Below, in pieces: positions 39,064 to 52,903 of a stretch of DNA of 64,000 nt. The DNA comes from Octopus sinensis (lineage: Eukaryota). Each line of letters begins with the position of its first letter. The stretch's first letter is position 1. The stretch lies in the NCBI RefSeq assembly GCF_006345805.1, contig NC_043006.1, forward strand, positions 7,192,001 to 7,256,000, given 5' to 3'. A model generated the notes under the pieces. It worked only from the letters and a program-made list of their open reading frames with translations. It had not been told where the DNA came from and made no database searches. The position numbers were made by a program, and so were the translations under genes.

Positions 39064-39078
39064 ATATTCAGAACACAT

Positions 39079-39120
<42 letters not shown>

Positions 39121-39466
39121 AATTACGAAATATATTGTGACTGGCATAGCTTCATATCTTTCTTTTGAGTTAAATGTTAAGTACGTTGGATATATAGTTA
39201 TACTCCCGAATTTATTCATAATTTAGCAACGAGTACCCAGTTTTAGCTATCAGAGGAATTGCAGTAAGATTGCTGAACCTAAGCGGTATTTGATGCTTCG
39301 TTCTACTTCATGTAGTAAACCGTAAGCGCAATTATAACTGAGATGGCTTACGGTACTCCCATGGATAATTTATCCCAATATACTCGCTATGCCTGTATAT
39401 TTATCAATCTCACTACCTATCTATCTTTCTAACCATATATATATATATACACATATACATGTATGC

Positions 39467-39564
<98 letters not shown>

Positions 39565-40434
39565 GTTAATCCAAACATGAAAACACAAGGAGAAAACACA
39601 ACAACGCGAGGACGTGGAACAAATATAGTATTATTGGACGCTTAGGAAGGAGGGTTTAACGTTTCGAGCGGAGCTTTTCGTCGGAAACATAGGAGAAGGA
39701 AAGATCCAGATCAGGGAAGACAGACGAAAAACGTCGCCAACGGTACACACGCTGTCACATTTTGAATGATATATATATATATATATATATATGCATACAT
39801 ATATATGTGTGTGTATATATATGTATACACACACACACACTCACACATACACACAGTCACACACACACACATACACACACATACACATATATGCATAGCT
39901 ATAAACCTATGTTTGTATTGTCTGAGGTATTGTCTCATTATATCGGTAAATGTATGCATATACCGTACATGGCGGCTACTTGTGCATTTAACATTAATGA
40001 ATTCATTACCAAACACGATCGATTTCTATACACTCGCTGCTTACAAACCAATCACCTGACGCAGTCGCCTTCATTGATTTGTATTAATTCATCAGTATTA
40101 CACTGCTTATCCGCTATTTTCTGTCACGCTCTTCACTTACTCAAATTGCCAGTATGACATCTGGAAAGTCATTGAAAATATTGCCTACTTAAATGTGGCC
40201 GTAATCGTAGAGAAAGAAGGAGATTATGTGAAAGGGAATGCCAAGTATCACTTTGGTTTTCTATTCCATTTCATTTTCTTAATATGTAAATCTATTTTGT
40301 TCTGATCTAAAGAAACCAAAAAAAATTCGTCAGGAAAACGAGGAATACTGAAAAATAGACAAGCAACAAGGAAAGCTATTCGTTCCTTGTTTTCTAAATC
40401 AGTATTGTTATATACTTTCATATACTAATATAAT

Positions 40435-40850
40435 AGGCGCATGAGTGGCTGTGTGGTAAGTAGCTTGCTAACCAACCACATGGTTCAGGGTTCAGTCCCA
40501 CTGCGCGGCATCTTGGGCAAGTGTCTTCTGCTATAGCCCCGGGCCGACCAATGCCTTGTGAGTGGATTTGGTAGACGGAAACTGAAAGAAGCCTGTCGTA
40601 TATATGTATATATATATATGTGTATGTGTATGTTTGTGTGTCTGTGTTTGTTCCCCTAGCATTGCTTGACAACCGATGCTGGTGTGTTTATATCCCCGTT
40701 ACTTAGCGTTTCGGCAAAAGAGACCGATAGAATAAGTACTGGGCTTACAAAGAATAAGTCCCGGGGTCGATTTGCTCGACTAAAGGCGGTGCTCCAGCAT
40801 GGCCGCAGTCAAAATGACTGAAACAAGTAAAAGACTAAAAGAGTAAGAGT
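40435..40850 (+). mobile_element. SINE family A
   Basis: End-to-end match. Confidence 0.92.
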
Positions 40851-40906
40851 ATACCAAATATCTATTATTATGTGGAAAGGAATACATGTTACTTCATCAA
40901 TTCTAG

Positions 40907-40937
<31 letters not shown>

Positions 40938-41960
40938 TTCTTCCTTTCTTTCTGAATAGAAGTGCGTCAGGTTAAAGGGATGTAAACAAAAGTATATCAA
41001 AGAACTAACCTTTGCTTCCTTTCTTTTGGTGTAGTGTATACCTTCTAAAAAGATCCCTAATTTGAGGCAAGACCGATTGTTTTTCTGACGTTACTGACAA
41101 AAATGTTTTTGGGAGATAAAAGTAAGAAAACTTGCTTTAGCCTTTGAAACATTTAGCATCGGTTTACAGAACTCTCAGATAAAATCACGACTAAATGGAA
41201 TTTTTCCTACATTCGAGAGTGGGTATCGAATGATGCTTAATCCACATTTTTCAGAATGAATCGCTATTCCAAAATACAGACATGAATCCGTAATATATCA
41301 GAAAAGCGTTTATTGACCCCAAATTATTTTGACAATAACTAACGAGGTACAAATAATTCAGTAGTTGCAGTGCAACATTACAGTGTCATGAGTACAATTC
41401 TTGAACGAGACTAAATTTCTTTGCACAGCAGAAGTTGTTGGAGTGCTGCATACTATAGATAAGAGTCGAGTTATGAAGATGTGCCTCGTAATGAGAACTC
41501 AAGAGACCACTCGAGTAGCTAAAGGGAACTGCCAAATTCCTTAAAATCACAATGTGCTGTCAGAATAAAGAACACGTTCAGGGTCGTAAAGCAGATATAA
41601 TGAAATTATGAGATGATCATAAGTGCAAAGACACTGGGCTCAGGGAGATGCAACCAGATTGAATCTATAGTTAAACAAGAACATCAACTACAAGAACAAT
41701 AACAACATCAATATCTAGTAGCCATTTCCTTGAGAGTAATGATGAATGTATTAGCTATGAACACTGGAAAATATCTGTAACAATCTAACAACTGGATCAC
41801 TTCAATTCGGGCTTACAGGCCTTTGAAATCAACTGCGTTATTCATAATGATTATTGTTATATTCTCGAGTTTAATGACAATGATAAAATGATTGGGAGAT
41901 ATCAGGAGATTCTACTAGATAAACGTGGTTATATTTCGTTGGCAATAAGAAATTACTATA

Positions 41961-42177
41961 AGGCGGTGAGCTGGAAGAAACGTTAGCACTGCGTGCGAAA
42001 TGCTTAGCGGTATTTCACCTGCAGTTACGTTCTGAGTTGACATTCCACCGAGGTCGATTTTGCCTTTCATTCTTTCGGGGTCGCTAAATTAAGTACCAGT
42101 TACATACTGGGGTTGATGTAATCGACAAGCCCTCTGCTCCGAAATTTCTTTCCTTCTGCCTAAGTAGAAAACAATAT
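41961..42177 (+). mobile_element. SINE family B variant (older, different tail)
   Basis: Same head and central box, divergent 3' end. Confidence 0.8.
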
Positions 42178-42890
42178 GTAATTACTATCCGAGTGCTAAC
42201 AACAGAAATGGTCTGTGAACTAATTATGCCTTAGTCATTTTATTTTACTGATAGTAAATAAATGATAATGACCACTTTTTTGATAAATGCGGTATTTAAT
42301 AAAGTTCATTAATATTTTTGTTTTGTACATAACGTTAACGGTTTCCATACTCGAATTCTGTTGTCGACAATTTATTTTTAACTCCATATATAAAATATAC
42401 ACAAATAACAGCAATATGAATATGATAATATAATTAACTTCGTATTGGGAGACGTTCGATTACCTTACTTATTGCTGAATATATGTACACATAAAAACAC
42501 ACATACTCTCTCTATCTCGCTTTATTTCCTCATATATATATATATATATTATATATATATATATATATACGTTTATATATTTGTTTTGCAAGCATAAACA
42601 CATGACCAAAAATAAACAAAATACAGAATGGCTGATCGTTAGTAAAGAGAGACGCACAAATAAGAAAGAAGAAAGCAAAGGAACACTGATGAGGTCACAG
42701 AAGTGTGACGAAAGAACTCTGGCCGAAATAAGATTAAGATTCATGTAATAAACAAAGCTGAAGCAAATTAACACCAAATATATAGAGTGTGTGTTTTTAT
42801 TAGCTACATTTGCAACATGACCATTCATAAATACAACAATATATATATATATATACATATGTGCGTATGTATATATGTATCTATGTATAT

Positions 42891-42965
<75 letters not shown>

Positions 42966-42995
42966 GCATATGTATTATACACACACATACATATG

Positions 42996-43026
<31 letters not shown>

Positions 43027-44248
43027 TATATATGTGTGTGCGCATGCATGTACGGGATCATTTATATTGACATGCATATGTGTATGTGCAGATGTAAACG
43101 AATCTACAACAACAGTGTTTCTACTCCAAACGGTTGTCTTTTTATAACATTTGCTGGCAACTGCTATATTAACGATTTTAATGGAACACGCCATTTCATC
43201 TTTAACTCAAAACTGCTTCTTGATAGGATAAAACGTGTTCCTGTGCGTTGGAGAGGAATTTGGCACGGTACATCATATCTATTTTATTCACAACATTTAT
43301 ACAATGAATCTGAATCGCAAAGAACTTTCCTAAGCAAATATTTGTTTTATATTTCACTCGGAACCTTTCGTCCGAAGATGAGAATTATTAAACTTAAAAT
43401 TACCACGTATAAAATGTCAGCTTTAGTATTCATGTAATAGAATACTCTGTCTGAGGTAAAATATTTACATACACACAGGCATCTATGGAACGGTGATACA
43501 TTTTTTGATATTCAGATTAGTGGAAGGCAGCTGTCTCATATGACAAACATAGACGTTACGATACATTCATATAAGGGATAGACAAAGCAGCTTTGTACAT
43601 TACGTCAAGATTATAAATTCGTTGGTATAAGAAAATAGATTTCTCTAGGGCATTTGCTTTATTTGTTAGCTTATTTAAAATTAGATCTCACAGAAAATGC
43701 GTTATTTATTACTTGATGCTAATCTATATCTAGTATTAATTTTAACTGGTTTGTAGCAGTGGAACTTAAATCCGTGTATGCATGCGAATATAGCTTCATC
43801 TTTTCAAATTTCGCAGGTTGTAGTCTCTCTCTATAGTACTCTTATGCGTATATGATTCGTTTTCTATGATTTACATTTATCAATTCAATTGAGACGGGTT
43901 ACCTCATCGACATGAACTAAAATTTTAATGCCCATGTTCATATATGTGTGTGTGTATGGGTGAGTGTGTGTTTGTTCGTGCGCGCAGTTGTGCTTGTATA
44001 CATACATACAACAAGCAAAATGGATTATGCAAATATGCGAAACAGCGAATACAAGATTAGGTATGTTTTGACAAATCACCCGAGGTGAAACGTTTGCACC
44101 TATGATGTACCACAATACAGCATCTCACCAGCGAAGCACTGGTGCGCGATTGGTCGAAACGATCATAATAAATAAAGATTCTCGTGAATTCCATTTTCAT
44201 TCTCTCTCATATTTTACATATATACATATAAACGCATATATGTATATA

Positions 44249-45051
44249 TGAGGTGGTATGATAATGTTCCCGGAGTCGTTATGTTTTATAAAAAATAACT
44301 TATTTACCTAAGTTTTATCACTACCATCTCCTTCGAAATAGTGGCCTTGCGCAGCAATATACTGGTTCCAGCATCACTGCCACTTTTGGAATCCAGCCTA
44401 GAAGTTTTTTTCCTTAAGCGAGTCGAGGACTTTCTTCTATTCACTCTGGATCTCGAATAGCGCTGGGAGGATGCAGAAGCGATACCATATTCTTTTCGGC
44501 GAGAATCTCCCCAGTGAGAAGAGCTCGATAAAGAATCCAATTCTTCGCGCTCTACAAATCCGGTCGTTGAATGTTTTACCTCCAAGGTTACAGAATGGAA
44601 TGTAGCACTAGAACTCTTGATTGAGGGTCTGATCCTGGGGTAAGAATTCTCGATGTAAAACAACACATTTCCGCGGAAGGCAGGTCTTCCAGATCGCTGG
44701 TCGACTTCCAGGGATGTCTTTCCGCTTTTGAAGCGCCCGTCCCACTTAAAACATTGCATAAGGCTCATTGCTTGCCGTAATTTTGCCGAAGAATGGCCAA
44801 TGTCTCTGTAGCAGACCTCCCTAGTTTAACGCAAAATTTCAGGTTGTCTCTTTGTTCTTGTCCATGACAAAATAACAAACAACAGAATACACGCGATCAC
44901 AAAAACACAAATTTCTCAATTTGTGAATTAAACACAGTGATGTTCCCCGGCACACTGCCTCTTGAAGGTGACTGCTAGCTCTCATCGCGCACACAACTGT
45001 GTGATGCCATCTGTAGGCGCACTAGTCCGGGATATCTTTGATACCACATGG
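44249..45051 (-). mobile_element. Internally deleted mariner element
   Basis: Imperfect TIRs (TGAGGTGGTATGATAATGTTCCCGGA versus the reverse complement of TCCGGGATATCTTTGATACCACATGG) and TA on both flanks. Minus strand keeps HTH (CFKWDGRFKSGKTSLEVDQRSGRP) and C-terminal (AAQGHYFEGD) pieces. Confidence 0.85.
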
Positions 45052-45084
45052 TATTTGGATATACATATACGTGAATAACTATAC

Positions 45085-45545
45085 CGAACTAATGTAACTT
45101 GACCGAACCAATGTAACTCTTCCACGACAGATGTCCTAACTTTCCATCGGAGTCTCCATATCATCGACTTGACACTCGGTTTCTTTCAGAAGTATGCTGA
45201 TACCTGTATGTTTATATGTGGGTTTCCAGAGAAAGTGATCGCTAGATATTTCGTCTTTGCACCTCCAGTGTTATCCTGCATAATGTTTTCTTTTTTTCTG
45301 ACTACCGATGCGATGATAGGTAGACTTATTAGATATCCTAATAGATTGTTACTGCCAAGGAAGATTGCGAACTTCATGAAGTATTCTAGTACATGTACCG
45401 TTAAACCTCTTTTCAAATCTCTTATCTAGTGTCAGTACTAAAGAGCTATACTGAAGTACTGATTTAACGATTACTTTGAAGAAACCCCTCTCCATGTTGT
45501 CAAGAAGGGAGAAATTACGTATAATTCTGAGCCTGTCTACGGTAT
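45085..45545 (-). mobile_element. Degenerate RTE-clade 3' fragment
   Basis: FFKVIVKSVLQYSS..LTLDKRFEKRFNGTCTRIL and HYAG*HWRCKDEI resemble VESVLLYGS..WTL...LDGAYTRML and FAGHCWRSK. Confidence 0.7.
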
Positions 45546-45548
45546 TCC

Positions 45549-45782
45549 GGCGAGCTGGCAGAAACGTTAGCACGCCGGGCGAAATGCTTAGCGTTATTTC
45601 GTCTGCCGTTACGTTGTGAGTTCAAATTCCGCCGAGGTCGACTTTACCTTTCATCCTTTCGGGGTCGATAAATTAAGTACCAGTTACGCGCTGAGGTCGA
45701 TGTAATCGACTTAATACCTATGTCTGCCCTTGTTTGTCCACTCTGTGTTTAGCCCCTTGTGGGTAATAAAGAAATAGGTATT
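45549..45782 (+). mobile_element. SINE family B
   Basis: End-to-end match to the 28546 copy. Adjoins the RTE fragment. Confidence 0.9.
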
Positions 45783-46217
45783 CCATAGTTTTGAAATCTT
45801 TTCCTGAGTATCCATTTCTATAGAAGCAAAGTCACTTTCCATGTAGATAAAATCATAAACTATCATTTGGTTTGTACTTCAACACATCGAACAGCTGAAT
45901 CTTCAGTGTCAGGGCACGAAGCTCAACGAACGCGCACGAACACACACACAAACCAAACAAACAGCCATACACACATACGTATATATTCACACATCGAAAT
46001 TGAAACAAGCGAAGGCCAGTGTTTAGAAAATCCTATGCGAAATATTATCAATTATAAGAGTTTTTCTACCTTACGATAACATTTTAAACCTCTTGTCAAT
46101 CATATTCAATGAATATTCCAAAATGATAGTGTCAATCATATTTTCCTAAGTTTGTTTATGTGTGAATGTGCACATACTCGCTGAAGTGTGTTCGTGTACA
46201 CACACACACACACACAC

Positions 46218-46253
<36 letters not shown>

Positions 46254-46780
46254 AGTATGTATATGTAGTAAAATGCTATATATATAAACATACGTATGTT
46301 TGTGTGTAGCTGTGTAGGGGTGTAAGGGTGTATACAAAATGTTTGCCAAAATTACGAAAATGTTTGCAGTTAGCCAAATAGATTGTAATATTATATTTAT
46401 TACTTTTACTGTTTGTGTTCTATATAATACAATTGATATTGACGTATTCATATATAAATGTACAGATGAAAATTAATAGTTTTGAATTCAAACCTGGATG
46501 TTGCTCAATTTTATCATATTTATAGTAACGTTGCCGCACTAAGACTGCGTGACTACAGTGAGAAGGAAGGCTTGCCGTCATAACATATTTTACGTTACTC
46601 AATACGACACGTTTGACTAAACACTCTGAATAAACATATACGGCTTTCAGCTGTTAGATAAGACTTCTATATGGAATAATACGAGTAAAATTTTATATAA
46701 AAATGAACTTTTGTGATATAGATTACCAAGTGAAAACATCAGCAGAACATTCGTGCTTCGCTAAAATCAGGGAATCATTC

Positions 46781-47163
46781 TGGAAGCACTCCGTCGGTTC
46801 CGACGACGAGGGTTCCGGTTGATCCGATCAACGGAACAGCCTGCTCGTGAAATTAACGTGTAAGTGGCTGAGCACTCCACAGACACGTGTACCCTTAACG
46901 TAGTTCTCGGGGATATTCAGCGTGACACAGAGAGTGACAAGGCCGGCCCTTTAAAATACAGGTACAACAGAAACAGGAAGTAAGAGTGAGAGAAAGTTGT
47001 GGTGAAAGAGTACAGCAGGGATCGCCACCATCCCCTGCCGGAGCCTCGTGGGGCTTTAGGTGTTTTCGCTCAATAAACACTCACAACGCCCGGTCTGGGA
47101 ATCGAAACCGCGATCCTACGACCGCTAGTCCACTGCCCTAATCACTGGGCCATTGCGTATCCA
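46781..47163 (-). mobile_element. Mosaic SINE: family C head and body with family D tail
   Basis: 5' half matches the 2476 and 62158 copies; 3' half matches 33230-33408. TSD AGGGAATCATTC at 46769-46780 and 47164-47175. Confidence 0.9.
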
Positions 47164-47274
47164 AGGGAATCATTCAGGGATTCAACAACACATTTTTGTT
47201 TTACTTTATTTCTACTGTTTTTCTGGTTTTTTGTTTTATTTTGTTTTTTACTTTTTGAAACAAAATCTACGGAT

Positions 47275-47398
47275 ACTCATTTACTCTTATACGTTTTTAT
47301 TTGTTTCAGTCATTTGGCTGTGGCCATGCTGGAGCACCGCCTTTAGTCGAGCAAATCGACCCCAGGACTTATTTTTGTAAGCCTAGTACTTATTCTAT
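47275..47398 (-). mobile_element. SINE family A, 3' fragment only
   Basis: Tail module only (GGAGCACCGCCTTTAGTCGAGCAAATCGACCCC). Confidence 0.85.
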
Positions 47399-47480
47399 AT
47401 GAACAGCTTCTTCGTTCAAAGCTTGTGATTCACGTCATCAGTACTTAGATTTTCTGGGAAAATTGTTACTAATTGTTACT

Positions 47481-47907
47481 AGGCGCAGGAGTGGCTGTGT
47501 GGTAAGTAGCTTGCTAACCAACCACATGGTTCCGGGTTCAGTCCTACTGCGTGGCATCTTGGGCGAGTGCCTTCTGCTATAGCCCCGGGCCGACCAATGC
47601 CTTGTGAGTGGATTTGGTAGACGGAAACTGAAAGAAGCCTGTCGTATATATGTGTGTATATATATATATATGTATACGTGTGTGTGTGTGTTTGTGTGTC
47701 TGTAGTTGTCCCCCTAGCATTGCTTGACAACCGATGCTGGTGTGTTTACGTCCCCGTCACTTAGCGGTTCTGCAAAAGAGACCGATAGAATAAGTACTGG
47801 GCTTACAAAGAATAAGTCCCGGGGTCGATTTACTCGACTAAAGGCGGTGCTCCAGCATGGCCGCAGTCAAATGACTGAAACAAGTAAAAGAGTAAAGAGT
47901 AAGAGTA
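47481..47907 (+). mobile_element. SINE family A
   Basis: End-to-end match. Confidence 0.92.
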
Positions 47908-48220
47908 ATGATTCAATACATACACATACAAATACACATATTGACACGCATGCACACATAGGGCTATGTAATCTTACGCGTATCCTTGCATGTCTTGTGT
48001 AAGTTGCGGTACATCACTCAACAACGTATGCCAAGTATGTGAGAAATATCATATGTCGTTTACTTGGTAAACCCCGAAATACGTCTATCAGTTTTAGTTT
48101 CACTGTCATAGGTGATGCCCTGTATATAACAACATGTATATACGCGTATATGATCAATCTGAGATCAATGCACTTACCATATCTTTAAGTGGTACCCTTC
48201 ATCAATGTTATCTCATTATG

Positions 48221-48278
<58 letters not shown>

Positions 48279-50513
48279 TATATACATATATATATATATA
48301 ATATAATATAATATATAAATATATGCAAGTATACATACATATATGTATATACCTACATATATATGCGTATATATATATGCATATGTGTAGAGGACATGAA
48401 AACAGTGTCAACAAAATGAGAAACCATAGCATAAAAAGCAAAAGCATAGAAAACGAACTTTTTTCGAACAATGAAAAAAGAAACAAATATAAAAACGAGA
48501 CAAGCAACAAGTCCCCTGTTTTATCTACTCCGCCTTTCGAATGTAGGGACAAAACGAGACTTCGTTAAAACAGTCCTTCCCGCAAAGCAAAGTAAATAAG
48601 ATGTGGGACATTTTGCGGAGGGTTAAAGTGGTAACAAAAACAGGACAGTAAGACGATACAGTAAAAACAAACGGTGAGGGCTGTTAAACCAAGACGATGT
48701 GAAGTGATGAACGCTGCAAAAACGAGCTCTGAGAAGAGACAGGCAAAAGCACGTCTTGTCTTTAGGAAAAAAGTAGAAGAAAGGAAGGTAGACAGCCGTT
48801 GGTCACATGTGAGCAACGAAAGAGTCAAGATGGAAGAGTGAGATAATTTCAAATATAATCGATATGAGATATTGTTTCTAATAGTTGCCTCTCGTACTTC
48901 ATGTGCAGAATTTTCCTTATACTGGTAATGGAAAATATGTAATTGGGGGTGTCATTAATTCAAAAACACAGTGGGTCACGAAAACGTGTGTCATCATGTG
49001 ATTGCTTCACTTCCAGCAATTTAAAATCCAAAACTCTTTAAATTACATAGCATAATATATTTCTAATTACAGTATTTTTGAAGAATATGATTTCATTATC
49101 AAATTTAGCATACATTTTATCATATATCTGCTCAATCAAGTTTGACCAAGATCTTAACGGAGACTCAGCTTCACTAAACCCCCAATATTCCTTCCCATAG
49201 AAGAGTCAAATCATGCCTCTCCTTTTCTATGAAATATATATTTCCTTTCATTATACTCAATATGAAGTTTCTTTCGAAGTGATTGGTTTATAATTATCAT
49301 CACGTAATATTCTTTGCTCTTGTCCATCTTTAGGTAGTGAAAGAGAATGAATTAGGACAAAAGAAATTACCTCCAGCCAATCCAGTAATTTGTATTCTGG
49401 TGCTCTGCCTATTAGAAACAGCAACCGAATCGCCTTAAATATGAACGTACTACCTTCAAACTGGCATAGAATTCATGTCTCAGATATACAAAAATGATAT
49501 GTTCCTCATTATAGGAATAACTTTTACCATACGTCTTAGGCTAAGGAGCAGCATACCTATAATAACAATAACTTGTTAACACTTTTAAAATTTATTAAAT
49601 CTCAGAATGAGATTGAAACAGTAATCGCTCGATAATGTAAAGTATAGAAGCCCGTTGACAAGGGACAAAAATCCCGAAACTAGTCCGAGCGTATTACTCA
49701 GGCTTGCGAGGAAGGGATGGCCTCCCTTTGCAAATACTTCAAGGGCACTGAAATGGTGTCTAAAGCCAGCTGGAGACGACGATCTCTGGGGGCTATAAAG
49801 CTACAGTAACACCCCCTCCCCTATGTGGTAAGCCATGTTAAGTTGGCTTCTATACTTTACTTTTAAAATTGCAATACACAAAAGCAATATGCTCGATCTA
49901 TGTTCAGCACTTGTTTCTCACAACGAAAATGTATTCACTTTTCTACCCAGAAATTTGCCATAATTTACATTATTCTGTCTCTGATGAATATTTTCCTCAT
50001 TGTCATTGATTACTTACAGCAGTATTTCAATGTTTTTCAAGCGAATCTGCAAGTGAGCAAACCGGTTGCTGACTGGCGTTTTCAAAAACTGCGAAACATT
50101 AATTGAACAGCCTTTGCTCTCCGCATTAAAATGCTCTACACGCAGCTCTAAACAAAGTAACTTCTATTGTTCAAAATATTGCAAACATCATCTCAGCAAG
50201 TTTGTTTAATAGAGGGGATGCTATGCAAAGCTATAGTGAAGCAGTGATTTTCTTCGCTCCAGGCGTGCTGCCAATTTTATAGCACAGAGGATGTTGTTCA
50301 CTGAATCACAACTCAGTATATTACTAGTATTTACTTTATCCTCTGTTGGATCGATGATAACGTGTGTAAACTGGTGAATATTCAACATACAAGAATAATG
50401 GTGTAAATTCAGTACAATACATGATTTCACTCATTCAAACATTGTTGTGACCCTAAAGATATTCATAGAAACATAGACTTTTCTAACATATATAACAAGA
50501 GAGTGGAAATGAA

Positions 50514-50731
50514 ACTCTTTTACTCTTTTACTCTTTTACTTGTTTCAGTCATTTGACTGCGGCCATGCTGGAGCACCGCCTTTAGTGGAGCAAATCGACC
50601 CCGGGACTTATTCTTTGTAAGCCCAGTACTTATTCTATCGGTCTCTTTTGCAGAACCGCTAAGTGACGGGGACGTAAACACACCAGCATCGGTTGTCAAG
50701 CAAAGCTAGGGGGACAAATACAGACACACAA

Positions 50732-50766
<35 letters not shown>

Positions 50767-50938
50767 CATATATACGACAGGCTTCTTTCAGTTTCCGTCT
50801 ACCAAATCCACTCACAAGGCATTGGTCGGCCCGGGGCTATAGCAGAAGACACTTGCCCAAGATGCCACGCAGTGGGACTGAACCCGGAACCATGTGGTTG
50901 GTTAGCAAGCTACTTACCACACAGACACTCCTGCGCCT
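50514..50938 (-). mobile_element. SINE family A
   Basis: End-to-end match. Confidence 0.92.
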
Positions 50939-51658
50939 ATTTGATTTTAATACAAGTATCATAATTACAAATCAGAATCTACTAAACAGCCATGCATTTC
51001 ATTTTTACAGCAATTTTAGCTCAACTTCTGCACGGTCCCAATAAATGCCTTCAGGTATTTAGTTTACTTTTTACTTCTTTTACATTCAAAATTGACTAGG
51101 TAGCAATTTCTTACATGATAACATAACTAGTAATAATACGGTGCATTTGATTTTGCTAATAGTAATAAACCATTATTATAAAATTCACAATACATCACGA
51201 ATGAAAGCAGTGACAGGTTTACTAATACTTTTTTATAACCTTGTCGCTACTAAACAAACACAGCAGAGATGGTATTTGCAACAATTTGAACAATACAAGT
51301 TATTTTGCTTAGAGCTGTGTGTACAATATTTTAATGTGTCTTCACACATAAGCTTTAGGGTAAGCAAATAATCACATCTATAAAACAATACTATTGTTTA
51401 GATTAGAAACAAGTAGTGTGTACATTTGAAGGACATTCATAATATATTACAGCTCATGACGCAGTACTTCTCGGTAGTAAATAAATAATATGGAACTGTC
51501 AGAGTGTATATGCATCGATATGTTTAATATTGAAATGTATATCATTTGAAACTTAGAACTATAATTAACCCAATTAAGAGAAAATTTGGAAACCAGGTGT
51601 ACTATGTTATGAAGAAGTAACTATATTATATCTCTGAATTTAAAATTCCATTCCTTTA

Positions 51659-52903
51659 TATCATGTTATCCCATAAGTTCTGTCCAATTTTACCTTTTTT
51701 AAAACTGAATGAAATTTAATAGTATTTTAGAATGTCTAATGGATTTAAAAATTATGTTTATGCATTTGTGTACATTTAGACTAATTAAATATTATTTTAC
51801 AGACTTTCTAACATGGTAGTATCCAAAGAGCATTTGAGGCACATAATGTTTTAAGAGTGCAAAAAAGAAAACTCTGCAACCAAAGCGACTCAAAACATAC
51901 ACTCAGTTTATGGGAAAGAATGCTTGAATGAAAGAACCTGCAGAGGATGGTTTGCAAAATTTATAAGTGGGGATTTGAGCCTTGGAGATGTAGATGGAAA
52001 AGGGCGTCCAGTTCAGGTTGACGATAAGCTCCTTGAGGCATTACATGAAGAAAATTCTGCATTATCAATTGAAGAATTGGCAATAAAGCTTAGTTCAAAC
52101 CATACAACTGTTCATCGTTATCTTCAACAACTTGGAAAGGTTCCTAAACATGGAAAATGGGTGCCTCATGAATTGTCCGAAAACAACTGCATATTCCGAA
52201 TTGACATCTGCTCTTCTCTCCATTCTCGCGAACTCATTTCACCATTTTTCGATAAACTTGTGATTAGTGACGAAAAATGGATCTTCTATCGAAATGTTAA
52301 ACATCGTAAACAGTGGCTTGGTAAAAGGAAAAAAGCTCAACCTCAACCGAGAAGAGAACTTCACTGGAAAAAGATTATTCTCTCTATCTGGTGGGATTGA
52401 AGAGGAGTAATTCACTCTGAATTGTTACCACCTAATGAAACAATCAATGCTCCAGTCTACAGTCAGGGATTAGAGCGTCTGAACCAAGCTTTGAAGAAAA
52501 AAAAACTGCTTTAGTAAATCGAAAAGTTGTGATGTTTCATCAGGACACTGCGCGACCACACACTGCAAAGATTACATCACAGAAGATCGAAGAGCTTCGT
52601 TGGGAAAACCTTCCTCATCTACCTTGCTCCTTCAAACTACCATTTGTTTCGTAGTTTACAGAATCATTTGGGGGACATAACTTTCGCAAGCCAGGAAGAG
52701 GTCGAAACTGACATTTCAGAGTTCTTCGCTTTGAAACCAAAAGAGTTTTACATTGATGGGATTAAAAAGCTTGTAAATAGATGGAAGGAAGTCATAGATA
52801 ATCAGGGAAAGTACATTGATGATTAAATTTCAATTAAATATAACATTTGATCACTTGTTTTCTTCATTAAAAATTCGGACTGAACTTATGGGATGATCTG
52901 ATA
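51659..52903 (+). mobile_element. Full-length inactive mariner transposon (about 1.25 kb)
   Basis: Imperfect TIRs TATCA(T/G)(G/A)T(T/C)ATCCCATAAGTTC(T/A)GTCC at both ends, with TA on the left flank and a transposase remnant inside. Confidence 0.93.
51813..52826 (+). pseudogene. Mariner DD34D transposase pseudogene
   Basis: MVVSKEHLRHIMF*, GKWVPHEL, SDEKW, HQDTARPH, a partly deleted YSPDLAPS(D>N)YHLF motif and a GKYIDD* end. Several stops and frameshifts. Confidence 0.92.

Larger units (their letters stand above)
37250..39075. repeat. Inverted pair of PLE-type terminal modules of about 310 bp (37250-37560 and 38745-39075) around (TA)n and the nested LINE fragment
   Basis: The two segments align as reverse complements over their length. 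Confidence 0.88.

Noticed and set aside
49600-49830. Possible plus-strand exon ending GTG|GTAAGC
   Set aside because: All frames close early and the acceptor is weak; there is no supporting evidence.
49900-50430. Hydrophobic frames suggestive of a membrane-protein remnant
   Set aside because: Short, stop-interrupted, with no recognisable motif or convincing splice sites; AT-rich DNA gives such frames by chance.
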